Origin: Octopus vulgaris | Taxonomy: Eukaryota | NCBI GenBank assembly: GCA_951406725.2 | Contig: OX597816.1 | Location: 66,464,001 to 66,528,000, forward strand | DNA: 64,000 bases | Direction of reading: 5' to 3' | Shown: positions 26,846 through 40,153 of the stretch, one piece after another | Position numbering within the stretch: the first letter of the stretch is position 1 | Layout: each line of letters opens with the position of its first letter | Notes under the pieces: model-generated | Seen by the model: the letters and a program-made list of their open reading frames with translations, nothing else | Database searches by the model: none | What the model was told of the DNA's origin: nothing | Made by a program: the position numbers and the translations under genes

Positions 26846-29662
26846 GTAAATAAAACAAACTGGGGTCAAAACAGAAGTACCCTGGCATGGCTGCAATCCA
26901 AGAAACCAGTACAAAATAAAATATTTATCAGTGGGGAAAAATTTCAAGGCAAATATGTATTAAGTATTAATAGCTCACCCAAACACTATTTTTAGCTTAA
27001 GGGAAGACAGATCTTAGCAAACACAGTTTAATACTAAGATTTGATTCCTAGTTGAAAGCCTTTACTTAAAACACAAATGCCCTCCTAAAAAAGGGACTCT
27101 GGATCCCTCAAGCTTGAAATTTGAAGATTGTCTCCCCTGCCCATCTTTTATTTATTTTACCAGAACTAGGCATTTAAATAATGGATGTGTGTATAACTGA
27201 TTAAATTTTTTTTGTTTATTATATCAAATATATAGCACTCACTTTACTATTATGGTAAAATACTTCTCCAAACTGCCTAAGTAAGATTGAAACCAAAACT
27301 GAATGACTGAAGTTAACTTAACTACAAGAGCACATTTCCTCAAAGTTCTTTTACTTGCTTTATCTTATCACTACCATTTCATAAGAGATCAGAATGCAGG
27401 CTCACAAGATTGGAGTCAGCAACAATCAACCTATGATACTTAAAATAGGACTGTATAATTACAAGACTTTTTCAGCTTCAAAAGAATTAAAAATCAAATA
27501 CCAGAAATATCAGATGGAAAAATTTAAATATACATCCATTAAATAGAGAGTAACTTAAGCTAATATTTGTCTATGTATAATTGTGTGTTTTTTGTTTAAA
27601 ACACGAATACAAAGTATATTAGTGAATATATACTCATATATCAAGTCATCACAAGACATTTTAAAATTTTTGGCTTTAAATTAGAAATGTTAAAAGGAAA
27701 GGATAAAACACACACACACACACACAAAGTAAAAACAAAAAAATTTCAGGAATTTCATTCATGTACACAAAACCAGAGAATTGGAACACAGTTTATTAAA
27801 AGACTGCAAAGGAAAATTAGAAAAGAGAGAAGGATGAGAAGCAAAATTATAGTAGCCTAGTAGATAAGGGAAAAATTTAAATTTTAGTTTGCTATTATAG
27901 AGTAACTTGCTATAGAAACCTTGCCAAAAATGGAACAGACAAGCATAACATGGCCCTCGAACCTATCTAGGAGGGCAGTAACTCCAAATAAGAATTGACT
28001 TAGATTATTATGACCCATCCAGCCTATGTCAGTATGGAAAGTAGATATAATGATGATGACATATACACACATGTAAATACACAGACATAATACACATATG
28101 CAATACACAAACACACTCGCCTTCTAAGACAAGTGCTTTCCACATTAAAGTACTCACATATCTAGAACAATGCCTTTATACAAGGCCACCTACTGAAAGA
28201 AAAACCATAAATCACTGCCACCACCACCTGTTACAGCCAAGTGTCCACAACACTTTATACTATTATGAAATAAGAAGCTCTGTACCATTCTTACCAAAGC
28301 CAACTTGATACACTTCAACCTCCTTTCTCATTTCTATAATCCTAGCTAAATACACCTGAGTTTAGCAATGAATTTAGCAACAATGCAGGTAAGAGTCCTC
28401 AGGGACAATTCCATAAATCCCACCCCTCATGTCAATGGTACTCTTACAGACCATAACATGGGGCTTTAAGATCTTGTACTAAACACAATAGGCAATCCTA
28501 CCTCTGCAGAACAGCAGTCCATGAGTTTTCCCTCTCAGCCTAACTTGAAGCTCAATTCCAAAGACCCTTAATCAAAGATCTTGTAGGGTCATGGGAGGCA
28601 AGACACAACAGGTACAATGAAATGAGTGTGTGGGGTGAGCCTACTTGAAGTGAATAGGTACAAGCTAATTCAGAGGAATCAATGCCATAACAATAGTGAT
28701 AGAAGAGGCAAAACAATATCTGTTGTGAATGTAGCATATGAGTCAGTGAGCCTTTTTTTTTTAACCTTTTTGCCAATCAGCGAGATAGCTTTCTTTTAAA
28801 TGCAATGGTTGAAACAAGAGATTGAAAACAAGTTGTAGTTTTTAAATAATAATAAAACTGACATGTATAATATCCATTTAGCAGTTGATCTAATGACTAA
28901 GGTTCACAGAATAGGTTTGTAACTAATGTATATAAATCTATAGAGAAACACCCAAATTTGTACTATTAATAATCATAAATGGGTTCTAGTTGTTAGAATA
29001 TAACCAAGAGGTCTAGCATGAAAAAACAAGAAATGACTAACCAACCAAACTTTGAACATTCAAGGGGGAATGAAACAAATTCATAGTTAACTGATAAAGA
29101 ACAAAGGGCAAACAGTCATTAAATGTACTTAATGTCTATGCCATATCTTTAAATATTGAAAATGTAAACATATGATGTCAAATATGAATAAAAAAAATAA
29201 ACAACATAACTCTACACTTGAAATGTTTAAGAGAAAACAAAACAACAAAAACAGTAATGGCAACAACCAACAACAACAACAACCATCCTTGACAGAAGTC
29301 AGTAAAATGATTTTATGTCATCACTTTCTCAGTTAAAGCTGTGATTGAAACTTATAATTTCAAATTATGATTGAAATTACTTTTTGCTAATTATATTAAA
29401 TAGAAACATTCAATGTTATACATGAGGATAAAAGACATCTACAAAGAGTAACAAAAAAAATCAATATTGTTCATAAATTAATGTCCCTATGCCGACAACA
29501 GTCTCTCACGGTGTCTAAGCTAATAATCTTTCATGCACTTAGTCTTAACTCCCCACCACCACCACCATATAAATATATCGCCACAAATTGAAAACCAAAT
29601 CACTAACTGTAACACCAAAATCAAAGCCTTAACATTAAATCAAAGTTCTGCATTTATACAAA

Positions 29663-30060
29663 ACTAGCAGAGGTACCTAGCATTACTCGGGGTTAAAACG
29701 GCATAGTTTGTATGTATATTACAGTTACGTTGAAACAGGTGATGACAAAACATTTGTGAAGTAAATGATGGACTAATTCGACTAGGTGGCATGTCATGTG
29801 TCCATTTGGAGTATTCCAGGCCCTAACTTGTCATGGAAAATTGGCGGTTGGGGGTATGTGCATACCTTTGCTGATCTTGAGAAAGTCTCATCTCGCTTCT
29901 GTATTGAAACTCCATTTGACATGCTGTGTTATGCCTTTGCTGATCTTGGGAAAGTCTCATCTCCTTTCTCTCTTGAGACTCCATTTGACATGCTGCAGCA
30001 TGGATTTGCTGATCATGGGAAAGTCTCAATCTCCCTTCTCTATTGAAACTCCATTAATTT
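29663..30060 (-). mobile_element. Helitron-like 3' end carrying a 69-bp minisatellite
   Basis: Minus strand ends with decayed hairpin cccgagtaatgctaggt then CTAG|t at 29664; tttgctgatc recurs at 29867, 29936, 30005. Confidence 0.55.
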
Positions 30061-31934
30061 AAAGGTAAATATATAATTGTAAATACCTTTTGAGAATACA
30101 TATATGGTGAGTAAAAATTACTCCCCTAAAATCCAAATTATTTTCCTTAACTAACAAATTGTTGCTCTTTTCTGCTTCAAACTAGTACTTATAATATTTT
30201 ACATATACACACACACACTCATTATACATAAGTGTGTTTCACCACTTTACTGGTGGTACATAGCCTATTCAAATATAAGAGTGGATATCATTAAATATTA
30301 CAACAACAGATGTGTGTTGGTTATATATGGTTAATAATCCCTAAGTAGACATGAAAGTAGATACGGATGTACATAGAGCTCACTGCTACAAACAGTAGTT
30401 GGAATAATGTATTCCGTCAAGAAACCATGAAATACCTGCAGTGATTTGAACTTGCAGGCTTAAAGTAAGCAGTCCCAACTTTACTGTCTATCTGTCCTCT
30501 ACAGAACAACTAATTTGAGTGTAAAAGTTCAACAGAAAAATCTCGCAATAAGAAACAGCCAATAGAATAAAATCGTTTTACTTGGCTAAGATGCTCAACT
30601 TCAAGAGCAAATGCATTTGTTTTGTTTTTTTTGTTTTTGTTTTTTTTTGCAAATTGCTTCCAACCAGAGTAAACCATGATGCACTGGAACAAGAAGTTGC
30701 AATGATGATTACATGGCATTTCTCAGTGCTTTGAAAATCTAATCCAGGGATTCCAGTACCCATGAGGGCATAAGTGCAACCATCTTATTGTGGGTGCTGG
30801 AAGGAAGGAGGCAACAAGGAGGACATTGGAAGACAAGTTGAGGCAGATGAAAAGAATACAAATTAGTAGTTTAACCACAGGCTGACAGGGTCGCGGGACT
30901 GGCCAGTTTGGAGGGTAGTAGGGGTTCGCTCCCCCTGCTAGCAATGTATTGTACATAAAGGGTGCAGAGCTTGCACCGAAAAACCAGCTGGTGGAGAATC
31001 TGCCTGGGGTTAAACTAGTAGTAACATTCATTTGTCACTTTGCTTTATTATATAGTATATGTTACTACTCTATCTCTTCTTGAGATTTTATAACTAGCTG
31101 TAGACATATTTATTTCAACCTTTGCAGGTAGTTGTAATTAGTTTCAATTACTTGTTGCAACAGGAATTATAGTTTATATAATCTATATATTAATCCAATA
31201 GTACTTTCCTACCTACCTACCTTTTGTGTATTGCTAAGGGAAATAACTCAAAGTAAAATTCAAAAAGATGGTAATTATGGAAATGATGGTGGTGACGGCA
31301 ACAATGGTAACAGTCATGTTAATAGAAAGACAGGGGGAGAGAGGGAAGAGAGAAGAGATGAGATGAGGTAAGCCTTCACATAAGATAGAGAAAATGTAAG
31401 AGAAAAAAGTAATACAGAAAAACTAGAGAAAAAACAAAAGAAAATAAGAGATGATGATGGTAAAAAGTAGTAGCGGTAGTGATGATGCTTTTTGCTGTTT
31501 GTGATGGCTTGCTTGTTGTTGGTAGTCATAGGAATGGTGGTGACAATGTTGCTCAATGACAATTGCTTGCATTAAAGCACATGCATTTAATCACATTTAA
31601 AAAAAATATATAACTTGTTGCAATCAACTCTTCACTACTTACAATCACCATCTCCATTAACTAATGCACTCGCCATCATCACCACAGCAAGCCATTATAA
31701 TTTCCAGTATATAAGTATGCTTATATGCCTGAAGTTTATTCCTCAGTGCTGCCTTTTTTCCTCCTATCTACAGTTCTCAGTTTTCACCAGTGGAATTTTC
31801 ATGGAATTTTCACAGGTTTCATTAGTTTATAATAATAATTGTGAAGAGACAGCTTTAATTGTTACTGCATTTATATGATAAAGGTTCTGGACCTGTACTA
31901 TAACTCATTACATTTGCAATATGTCAGCCTTCAA

Positions 31935-32530
31935 TGCTTAGAAAAAAATATTAATATATACTATATACAGGAATATTTGAAATTTGATTTTCGTTTTTCG
32001 ATCACTAATGAGACAATACTTATGTGTGTAACATGAAAAGACACAAGATGTTGCATTGAAGCTTTTGAAGATAAAAGATCAGAATAAGAAGACACTAACA
32101 CATACTGACATTGCAGAGAGGGAATGAAGGCCTATTACAATATTTAAACACACCAAAAGAAAAGCAATGTCACATACAATTAGATAAGATATTATAAAAG
32201 AAACCATAGAAACTACTACAAAGAATAACTCTGATGTTATTCTTAAGGTTATTCTTTCAGTAGCAATACTTTATGACACATTGATGAAATGGCAAAAGAT
32301 TTTGAAAGAACCTCAACAGTGTAAATTTTGTATCCACTGGATAAACCAAAGTATGGAAGTTCTAATACTTTCATAGTCTATGTAATGTACTTTAGTCCTA
32401 GTAAATGAATTTTGCTTTGCTAAATATCTTAAGGCACTCAAAAAGTCAAAATGAGGAAAATATAACCATATCATAGCATTTGCTTCTGATGGTACCCCAG
32501 CTCTGATGAGTAGGTAAAGTTTTTCATTTT
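31935..32530 (+). pseudogene. Heavily decayed hAT (Charlie/Buster-like) transposase fragment
   Basis: Motif remnants in order: QEYLKF, KAMSHTI..IIK (KPHTIGE), SSNT..HIDEMAKD, IAFASDGTPALM; many frameshifts. Confidence 0.6.
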
Positions 32531-32839
32531 TCCTAAAGAAAACAGTTTCTATTGTATGCAAATGTGAATCTTGTGAAAGAGAGAAAAAAAACCTGAGAAC
32601 ATCACAATGCTTTGAAACAAATATCACGTTTATAAACATGATAAAAAAAAACTGACTTAGTTCAGACATTTTGTATTTGTTCTGATACCAATGACGTATC
32701 AATACTTTATACCTAATGGTATTAACATATTCAGTGAGAGAGTTGGGAATATTCTGCAAAATGAACTTGATATGATGAGGGCTGCTGCTTGGTTGAGTCA
32801 TTTCTTCTGACACCTTATCAAAAGTGCACTAGGATATTA

Positions 32840-33270
32840 TTTGAGGCAGATCCAGCTGGTTACATTTCCTAACCTAGATGTGTTGAGTTCATCACTTTGA
32901 GCCAGAGATAAAAATACGATCCATGAAGTGGAAACACCTATCCTTACCTGCTCCAAAGAAGGCCAAAGTCATTTCATCTTCAAAGAAAGTGAAGGTCTGT
33001 CTTTTGGAATGTAAAAGGCATTTATTGATTATCTTCAAAAGGGCCACACCATCAATGTAGAGTACCATGCCAACTTGCTGAGGCAGTTATGAAAGGATAT
33101 CAAAACCAAATGCCCAGAAAAACTGACAAAAGGGGTCTTGTTTCATCAGGACAATGCTCCAGCACACAAACCTTTCATTTCAATGGCTGCTGATTTGATT
33201 CCATGAAAAAAACCCACTTGGCTGAGAACCATTATCACAGTGCTGATGTCTTTGTTGATCAACAGGATGC
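32840..33270 (+). pseudogene. Decayed mariner transposase catalytic fragment
   Basis: VHHFEPE..SMKWKH..PAPKKAKV..IDYLQKGHTIN.EY.ANLLRQL..KGVLFHQDNAPAH. Confidence 0.8.
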
Positions 33271-35756
33271 AGCAATGAGGATGAATGAAGCCAGCTCAAC
33301 CCACTCCGGGTGAATGCTGTCTCAAGACAAGAGAAGATTCTAGGGCCTTAGCCTGGCTAGTTACAAGGTGATCATCACAAGTGCTGGTGCCATGATAAAA
33401 GCACTCAGTACACTATGTAAAGTGGTTGGTATCAGGAAGGGCATCCAGCAGTAGGAACCAGCTAGAAACATTGGCGCATGATGCAATCCTCTAGCTGGTT
33501 AGATGCTGTGGTGCCATCAAGCCCATGCTAGTATAAAAGCTGAATGTCAGATGATCATGCTTACCTATTTTCAGGCAAACTGTAAAATAAATTAACTCCC
33601 TTTGATTTCTAATGTCGCAAGGTATGAACATTTAAAATATTCATAATCACTGGGGAAAATAGGTCACCATTGATAACAAAGAGATTAAATGAGTATAAAT
33701 ATTGTGTAAACACTATTTCTGAATTCACTCTACCTAACTCCAGTATTACCATATGATTTTACTGAGTGTGTGACTGGGGGCAGTGACAATAAAGATTCTT
33801 AAAGCATGTGAAGGGAGTGACAGATTTGAAAAATCAGACAAGTGTACTCTACATACTCCATGCTACTTTATAGGCTATATAGTCTTACAATCAATTTTTT
33901 AAAATCACGAGTACATTGTTTATCGGACTCAATTTCTTAAATCCCATGACTGCACTGTTTGTTGCTGCAACTAGAAATAATTGAAAACTGTAATTACAAT
34001 TTACAATATAGATTTTTCAGTGTCATCATAAGTAGGATGGTCCATTTGCTAGGGTAGTTTTAAACAGCTGAATACAAGTATGTTCTGAACTGCGATGTTG
34101 ATCGGGAGGGGGGGGTGAAATCTGTTTTCTTTATATGTCAGTCAAGCACAGTGGGAGAAGTGCAGTTAGCTTACAAGCTTATTTATAATGAACAGTGCAA
34201 TGACAGCAGTAAGATCTGACCATCCAGTCACTAAAACAGTTCAGAACTTCAACTACACAGCCATTTGAAAACAACAACAATGACAAGGGAAAAAAAATTA
34301 TTCTGTACAAATGTTGATAAATCGAAATCAGCCTGGATTGAGCAGACCTTTGATCCAACTGTTTTCCAGCCATAGCCATCATATTTCTGCATATCAGATC
34401 CCACAACTGTCATTGCCAAATGTATATTTAATTTCTGACAAATGGTTGTAACTTAAATTTGGTTGCTATTTCTAGCAGGTCAGGCAATAGCACAGAGGAT
34501 CACTTGTTGGCTTGTACAGATCACATTTATTATATGCTGGTACTGAATATTGTTGCTAGGTAATCACATATGTTCAATTTTCTAGGTATTAGCGATCTAT
34601 AATATATACCACTGTGCTGAGATTTTCATCAGATAATCTTTTGTTACTATTTTTAGCAATCTTTCATTTTGTTGCTATTTTCAGCAATCTTTCATGTTAG
34701 GCATAGAACACTATTCATTTATTAAAAATAACGTATTGATGCATTAGGCAACATTTTAAAGTACGTTGCCTCACAAAATGACCCAGTTAACTACATGTGC
34801 AATGTAGCAGATAACTGGCATTCTCTTGGTTACAATGACAGGAGTTCTGCTTGATGTGATCAACAGAAAAGCCCAGTCATGAAACTAATGCCTGCTCAGC
34901 AGGCAAGAAACACGTAGGCCCTTGATGTAGTTCTTAGGGAGACTCAGCATGACACAAAATGTTACAAGGCTGACCCTTTGAAATACAAGTATCACTCATT
35001 TTTGCCAGCTGAGTGAGCTGAAGCAAGATTTAATAAAGTGTCTTGTTCAAGGACGCAATGCACATCCAGGAGTCGAACCCATGACCTTACAATCATGAGC
35101 CAAATACATTAACCACTAAGCCACAGGACTTTGCTAACAAAGCAGATATCTCTCTTACTTGTTTCAGTCATTTGACAGTGGCCATGCTGGAGCACCGCCT
35201 TTAGTCGAACAAATCAACCCCAGGACTTATTCTTCATAAGCCTAGTACTTATTCTATCGATCTCTTTTGGCAAACCGCTAAGTTACAGGGATGTAAACAC
35301 ACCAGCATCAGTTGTCAAGCGATGTTGGGGGGACAAAACACAGACACACAAACATACACACACACATATATATTATACATATATATACATATATAAGATG
35401 GACTTCTTTCAGTTTCCATCCACCAAATCCACTCACGAGGCTTTGGTCAGCCCGAGGCTATAATAGAAGACACTTGCCCAAGGTGCCACGCAGTGGGACT
35501 GAACCCGGAACCATGTGGTTCGTAAGCAAGCTACTTTATTTTATATAATTTGCCACTAGAGCAGCACACAGAGTAGTAGCTACAGGCTGGACAAGGACAT
35601 TAATGGATGATGGTGGTGGTGGATGAAGATGGTGATGGGAGAAGTCGAAAGTGCCCGCCGACTTTCGCTTCTCTAAAACAATGTTTCAATAAATACATTT
35701 AATAAAATGTTCACAATGATTCAAATTACATAAAAAATGTTCAACAATTCTCCTCG

Positions 35757-37003
35757 TCAGGTCCCCGAAGCAAATTGCCTTGCCGCCTGCAGACAACTCT
35801 GCGACGACAAGTCGGGGCCTGCAAAGAGAAAAGTAAAATCATTCCTTTCAAAGGTCTCTGCGACCCTTGACAAAGTATCTTCCGTTACTTTTTCCGCAGC
35901 TACCCGCGGAGGCCATAACGGACTCCTTGAGCCAACCGTGCCCTTACGTTCTCGGTCACCCAAGCCATTCAAAAATCTTTCCACCTCCTCTCCCTTGTGG
36001 TAAAGGAGGAGAAGCATCTCCTCTTCACAGGAAGGGACCTCACACTGCTCCGTCAGTGGCACACTTCCTACTGGCGGAGCCTTGTCCGCGGGTGACATAC
36101 ATCCCACCCGCGGCTCCGTCGGCGACACAGAAACGTCAGTCGTCCGACCTCTCTTTTTTCTCCTCCTTCTTTTGGGGGAGACTGCTGACCCAGGGGACTC
36201 CGTCACCAGACACGGGGGATTGCTATCCCCCTCCACCCCCTGAGCGTTCTTTGGCGGGCAACCATTGTTGCTCGCCTGTCTCTTTCTTTTCGTGGAGGCA
36301 ACCTCCTCCACGACTTCCACCGTCTCCCCCTCCAATGAGGGGCGGCGGGCGCCTTTTCCCCTTTCTGCTCCGGGGCACCACCACGGCCCCCGGGACAATT
36401 CTTCCTGATATGTCCGGGCTTCAGGCACAGGTGACACTTGGGGGGGCGACCCTCGAGTATCACTGGGTACCTGTGCCCAGCCATTCTCAGGAAGTCCGGG
36501 AAGTTCATTTCTCCCACGGCCACCGGTGTCCACAGGGTCAAAGTTGCTTTTGACCCCTCCCAGGCGACCGCGGGAGCCATTTTCACACTCAGTAGTCTGG
36601 GTCCGCTATCCCCCAGGCCTCGCCGGATGGTCTTCTCGATCCATTCCGCCTCCGTGCCCGGGGGCAGCCCACACACCCAGGCTCTTTTTACTTTCCTGCC
36701 ACAATACGAGGGGAGGAACAAAATTTCCTCTCCCTCCAGTGGCTCGCTAGCAAATCTGCTAGCTTCCTCGGGGGTACCAAACAGCAACCACACCGTTGCA
36801 AATTTAGTCCCCTGAGAAATAAATTTTATAGTTGGCAGGTGGTCCCCCAACTCTTTCTCTATAGTATTCCTGTCGAAGAGGGCAATGGCTCCACGCAACC
36901 TAGAATAGGTTCGTAGGACCACCGTCCTCTTCTCAAGACTTTCAATCCACTGCTTGGGTGGGGCAACCTCCCATTCCAAAGCGGTGGTTTCTTTTGTTGC
37001 CAT
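35757..37003 (-). CDS. Gag-like ORF1 protein with CCHC zinc knuckle, split by one frameshift near 36340
   Basis: ORF 36203-37003 has RRM-like segments and YPVILEGRPPK-CHLCLKPGHIRKNC; ORF 35757-36533 supplies a plausible C-terminus with NLS-like PKRRRRKKR; joined length about 415 aa. Confidence 0.75.
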
Positions 37004-37097
37004 GTTTTGTTTTTTTTTAAATAAATGTATTCAGAATAAAACTAAAAAACGAGAAGAAAAGGAAATCCGAAGAAAGTCACAATGAAAAAAGGAGAGA

Positions 37098-37165
37098 GTC
37101 AAAGTTAAAAAGAAAGTCAAATAAAGTTAAAAAGAAAGTCAAATAAAGTTAAAAAGAAAGTCAAT
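37098..37165. repeat. 22-bp tandem repeat (about 3 copies) in the element 5' UTR
   Basis: gtcaaataaagttaaaaagaaa repeated. Confidence 0.85.
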
Positions 37166-38656
37166 AACACAGCAAAATCCTTTTGGCCATTTGGTACTCC
37201 CGGCCTAAATCAAACCAGGATCGCACAACTTCCACAAAAATTGGTGTAAAATTGGTAGTTCTTCACAGCACAATACAATTCTCACAATTACGTGAGAAAA
37301 ATATTTACTCACTTTATCGAAGACGGATACGCCCCAAAAAATTTTCTCAGCGAGAAAAATATATTTGCCACATGTCGGCAGAATCAGAATTCTGAATCCA
37401 GTAGGACTTCCTGCATGTAAAAAATAATTCTCAACAAAAACTCCCACTGGACCCAGAAAACAGAATCTTACCTTACATGGGGCTTCCAAAGTTTTCAATT
37501 CAAGACGGCTTCAAAAGCACATCCTCACCGCTTCAGTGTCAAACACAACACTGACTCGCACATGCGCAGTAAGCAAGCTACTTACCACACAGCCACTCCT
37601 ACACCAACAGTAAAAAAAAAAAATCAGTGCTGTTTACATGTCTTCTATTATAGCCTCAGGCTAACCAAAGCCTTGTGAGTGGATTTGGTAGATGGAAACT
37701 AAAAGAAGCCCGTCTTATATATGTATATATATAATATATATATATGCGTGTGTGTGTGTGTTTGTGTGTCTGTGTTTGTCCCCCCAACATCGTTTGACAA
37801 CTGATGCTGGTGTGTAACTTATGGTGGCTGTTCTTTAGGTTCAGCTCAACTTTGGTCAAGCAGACGTAGTCGAAAGTATCTTGTCAGTAACTACACAATC
37901 GTATTTTCAGGTAGTATAGCTACATTCTTCAATGAGTTTTTTCTTTTTTTTTTAAGCAACAGAATAGACAGGAGGATATTAGTGTCTCAAGTCCTAGGAT
38001 TCATAAGGCTGGTTACCTGATTTCCATGGAGTAAAAGTGACCAAAATCACAACATTACCCCTGAGCAGGACATCAGTCCAATGCAGAGTAACTCAATTAT
38101 AGCGAACTGAAGTAACATGCAATGAAGTATATTGCTCAAGAACACAATGCTCTGCCCTGTCCATGAACAGAAACCACAATCTTGAGACCATGAGTGCAAC
38201 CAGCTAACCACTAAGCCTTCACTGACAGAATGTAACTTGAGAAATATTTGGCTCTTGTCTCAAGCAACTTTTCTTTCATTGAATCATTTTCTATTTGGTG
38301 TTCTTGCTACATTATAAATTAAGACAAGAGCAAGTTAAAAATTCTGTGGACTGCCCACTACTTTGATTCTATGTCAGTCTAATTACTTTCAGCAAAATAC
38401 TTTTAGGACCAGCAGAGTGGATAGAATTTAGAGTGCGATTAACAAAAATGATTCTGTAATTGCTTGTAAGTTTTCCTGCCACCGGTAATAATTCTCATTT
38501 CTGCCAATATATTTTGCTGGACTAAGAAAAGGAGATTATATAGCAACAGACAGATCAGGTAAAAGGGGTAAAAAGATAATTTCTAATACTTTGCTCCATC
38601 AAAAATTCTGTTAAATCATTCTAATATATGATGACAGTTTTTCTTGTAGAAATTAA

Positions 38657-38877
38657 CCCATTTGTTACCATATTTCTGTTGAGATGCTCTCTGTTTCCTT
38701 CAGTTACTTTAAATATAACAAAGAATTTAGTAAAATAACTTAGTTATCATTCAGCTAGCATTAGGAACATAAATTGTGACTAAGGTTTGGTGGAAGATTT
38801 TCATTCAGAACTTATGAAAACAAGACATTTGTACTACAGAGCCAGAGGCGGTTTCAGCCAGGTTGGTAACGAAAGAG
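38657..38877. mobile_element. piggyBac-type MITE
   Basis: TTAA on both sides, ccc..ttgttacca / tggtaacgaaagag ends; homologous to 56544-56764. Confidence 0.75.
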
Positions 38878-39344
38878 TTAACATGCAAAGGTTTGTTAGT
38901 GTGTGTGTGTGCGTGCGTGCATACACATGCGTATGCTTCTGTAACAAATGTTTAATAAAAATTGCTTTGGACTATTTACCCAGAGAAATCAGATAACAAA
39001 AACATTCTAAGGAATAAAACTGTTGTAAAATAGTACAGTAAGAATGAAAGAAAAAAGTGAAATAAAAAGAATATAAAGAAGGCGAAAATGAAAAGATGAT
39101 GATGTCTGAGGAATTATATGCTTTGTCGCACACATCAGAGAGTTAGCATCATAATTATTTGAACATCCATTTTCTGTGCTTGCATGGAATTTATTGAGAT
39201 TGATCTTCTATGGCCAGAAAGCCTTCTCACGAGTTTTCAAGCAAAGTAAGATTCCATGAACAGAGGTCTTGAAGATATCTTTGAATGGGAACAAACTAGT
39301 TATCCATCCACATTTCAAGGATATAACACCATACATATATATGG

Positions 39345-40153
39345 TACGATCAATAAGTATCCGGACTATAACAATAGTCCGGATAATGAGCACTAAGTTT
39401 TCATGTTCTAGCTCACATCCGCTGTTTACAGCAGTGCTTAGAAGGAAGGTGAGTAGTGTGTGATCATCACATTGACCATGACAGAGAAAGTTGAGCAGAG
39501 AATCTACATCAAATTTTGCCAAAAGCTTGGCAATACCTGCTTAGAGGCCTATACAAAGTTTTCATCATTCTCAACACAATCAAGGAGATCTTGTGCAACT
39601 GAAACCCGAGTATCATTTTGGTCAGCTGAAAGCAGTTTCCGCACAATCTTGGCAGATATGCGTCTCATATCCAAATCTTCAGTGATAATGGACTGAACCA
39701 TAACTAATCTACACATCTGATAACTCACAGATGGTGACTATTTCCCTTCACAGCTGCATGCACATCTGGGATGCTTTTCTCAGTTCTGCTGGTTGCAGGT
39801 CTCCCAAAGCGTTCGTCAATATTGACGTTTTTCCGGCCAACTTGAAAATGTCTGAACCACTTGCACACTTATGTGTGGCTCATATACTCCTCTGCATACA
39901 CTTTCTGCAACTTTGCGGAGGCCTCTGAGTGAGTATCGCCATGACAACTTTCTGTCATGATCAATGCGACGATCACACACTACACACTTCCTTCAAAGCA
40001 CTGCTGTAAACAGCAGAAGTGAGATAAACCGTTAAAACTTAATGCGCATGCACAACAGAGTTCAAAGTCAACATTTCCCAAGTGGCTTCACTCTGCGTGC
40101 TTTACCTTCGTTACTATGGCAACAGTCCGGATACTTATTGATCAGACCTCGTA
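39345..40153. mobile_element. Mariner derivative built from two inverted 5' halves
   Basis: TIR gatcaataagtatccggact at 39348-39367 and 40124-40143; transposase N-terminus MTEKVEQRIYIKFCQKLG on +, homologous N-terminal remnants on -. Confidence 0.75.

Larger units (their letters stand above)
35537..37568 (-). mobile_element. ORF1-only non-autonomous non-LTR retrotransposon (HAL1-like, L1/Tx1 group)
   Basis: Perfect 15-bp TSD (35522-35536, 37569-37583), A-rich 3' end, GC/CpG-rich body, no EN or RT sequence. Confidence 0.8.
35150..37602 (-). mobile_element. SINE family A split in its head (35150-35536 plus 37569-37602) by the ORF1-only element
   Basis: SINE sequence resumes exactly after the duplicated gtaagcaagctactt. 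Confidence 0.85.

Noticed and set aside
30723-31031. 102-aa ORF with a small ggggttcgctcccc hairpin
   Set aside because: No recognisable homology or exon structure; likely an old repeat
32503-32550. CTGATGA...GAAA motif (also 5111, 13538, 22446)
   Set aside because: No closing stem I or NUH site; 32503 lies in hAT transposase remnants
35867-36815. Plus-strand ORFs of 228 and 125 aa
   Set aside because: Antisense shadows of the GC-rich ORF1
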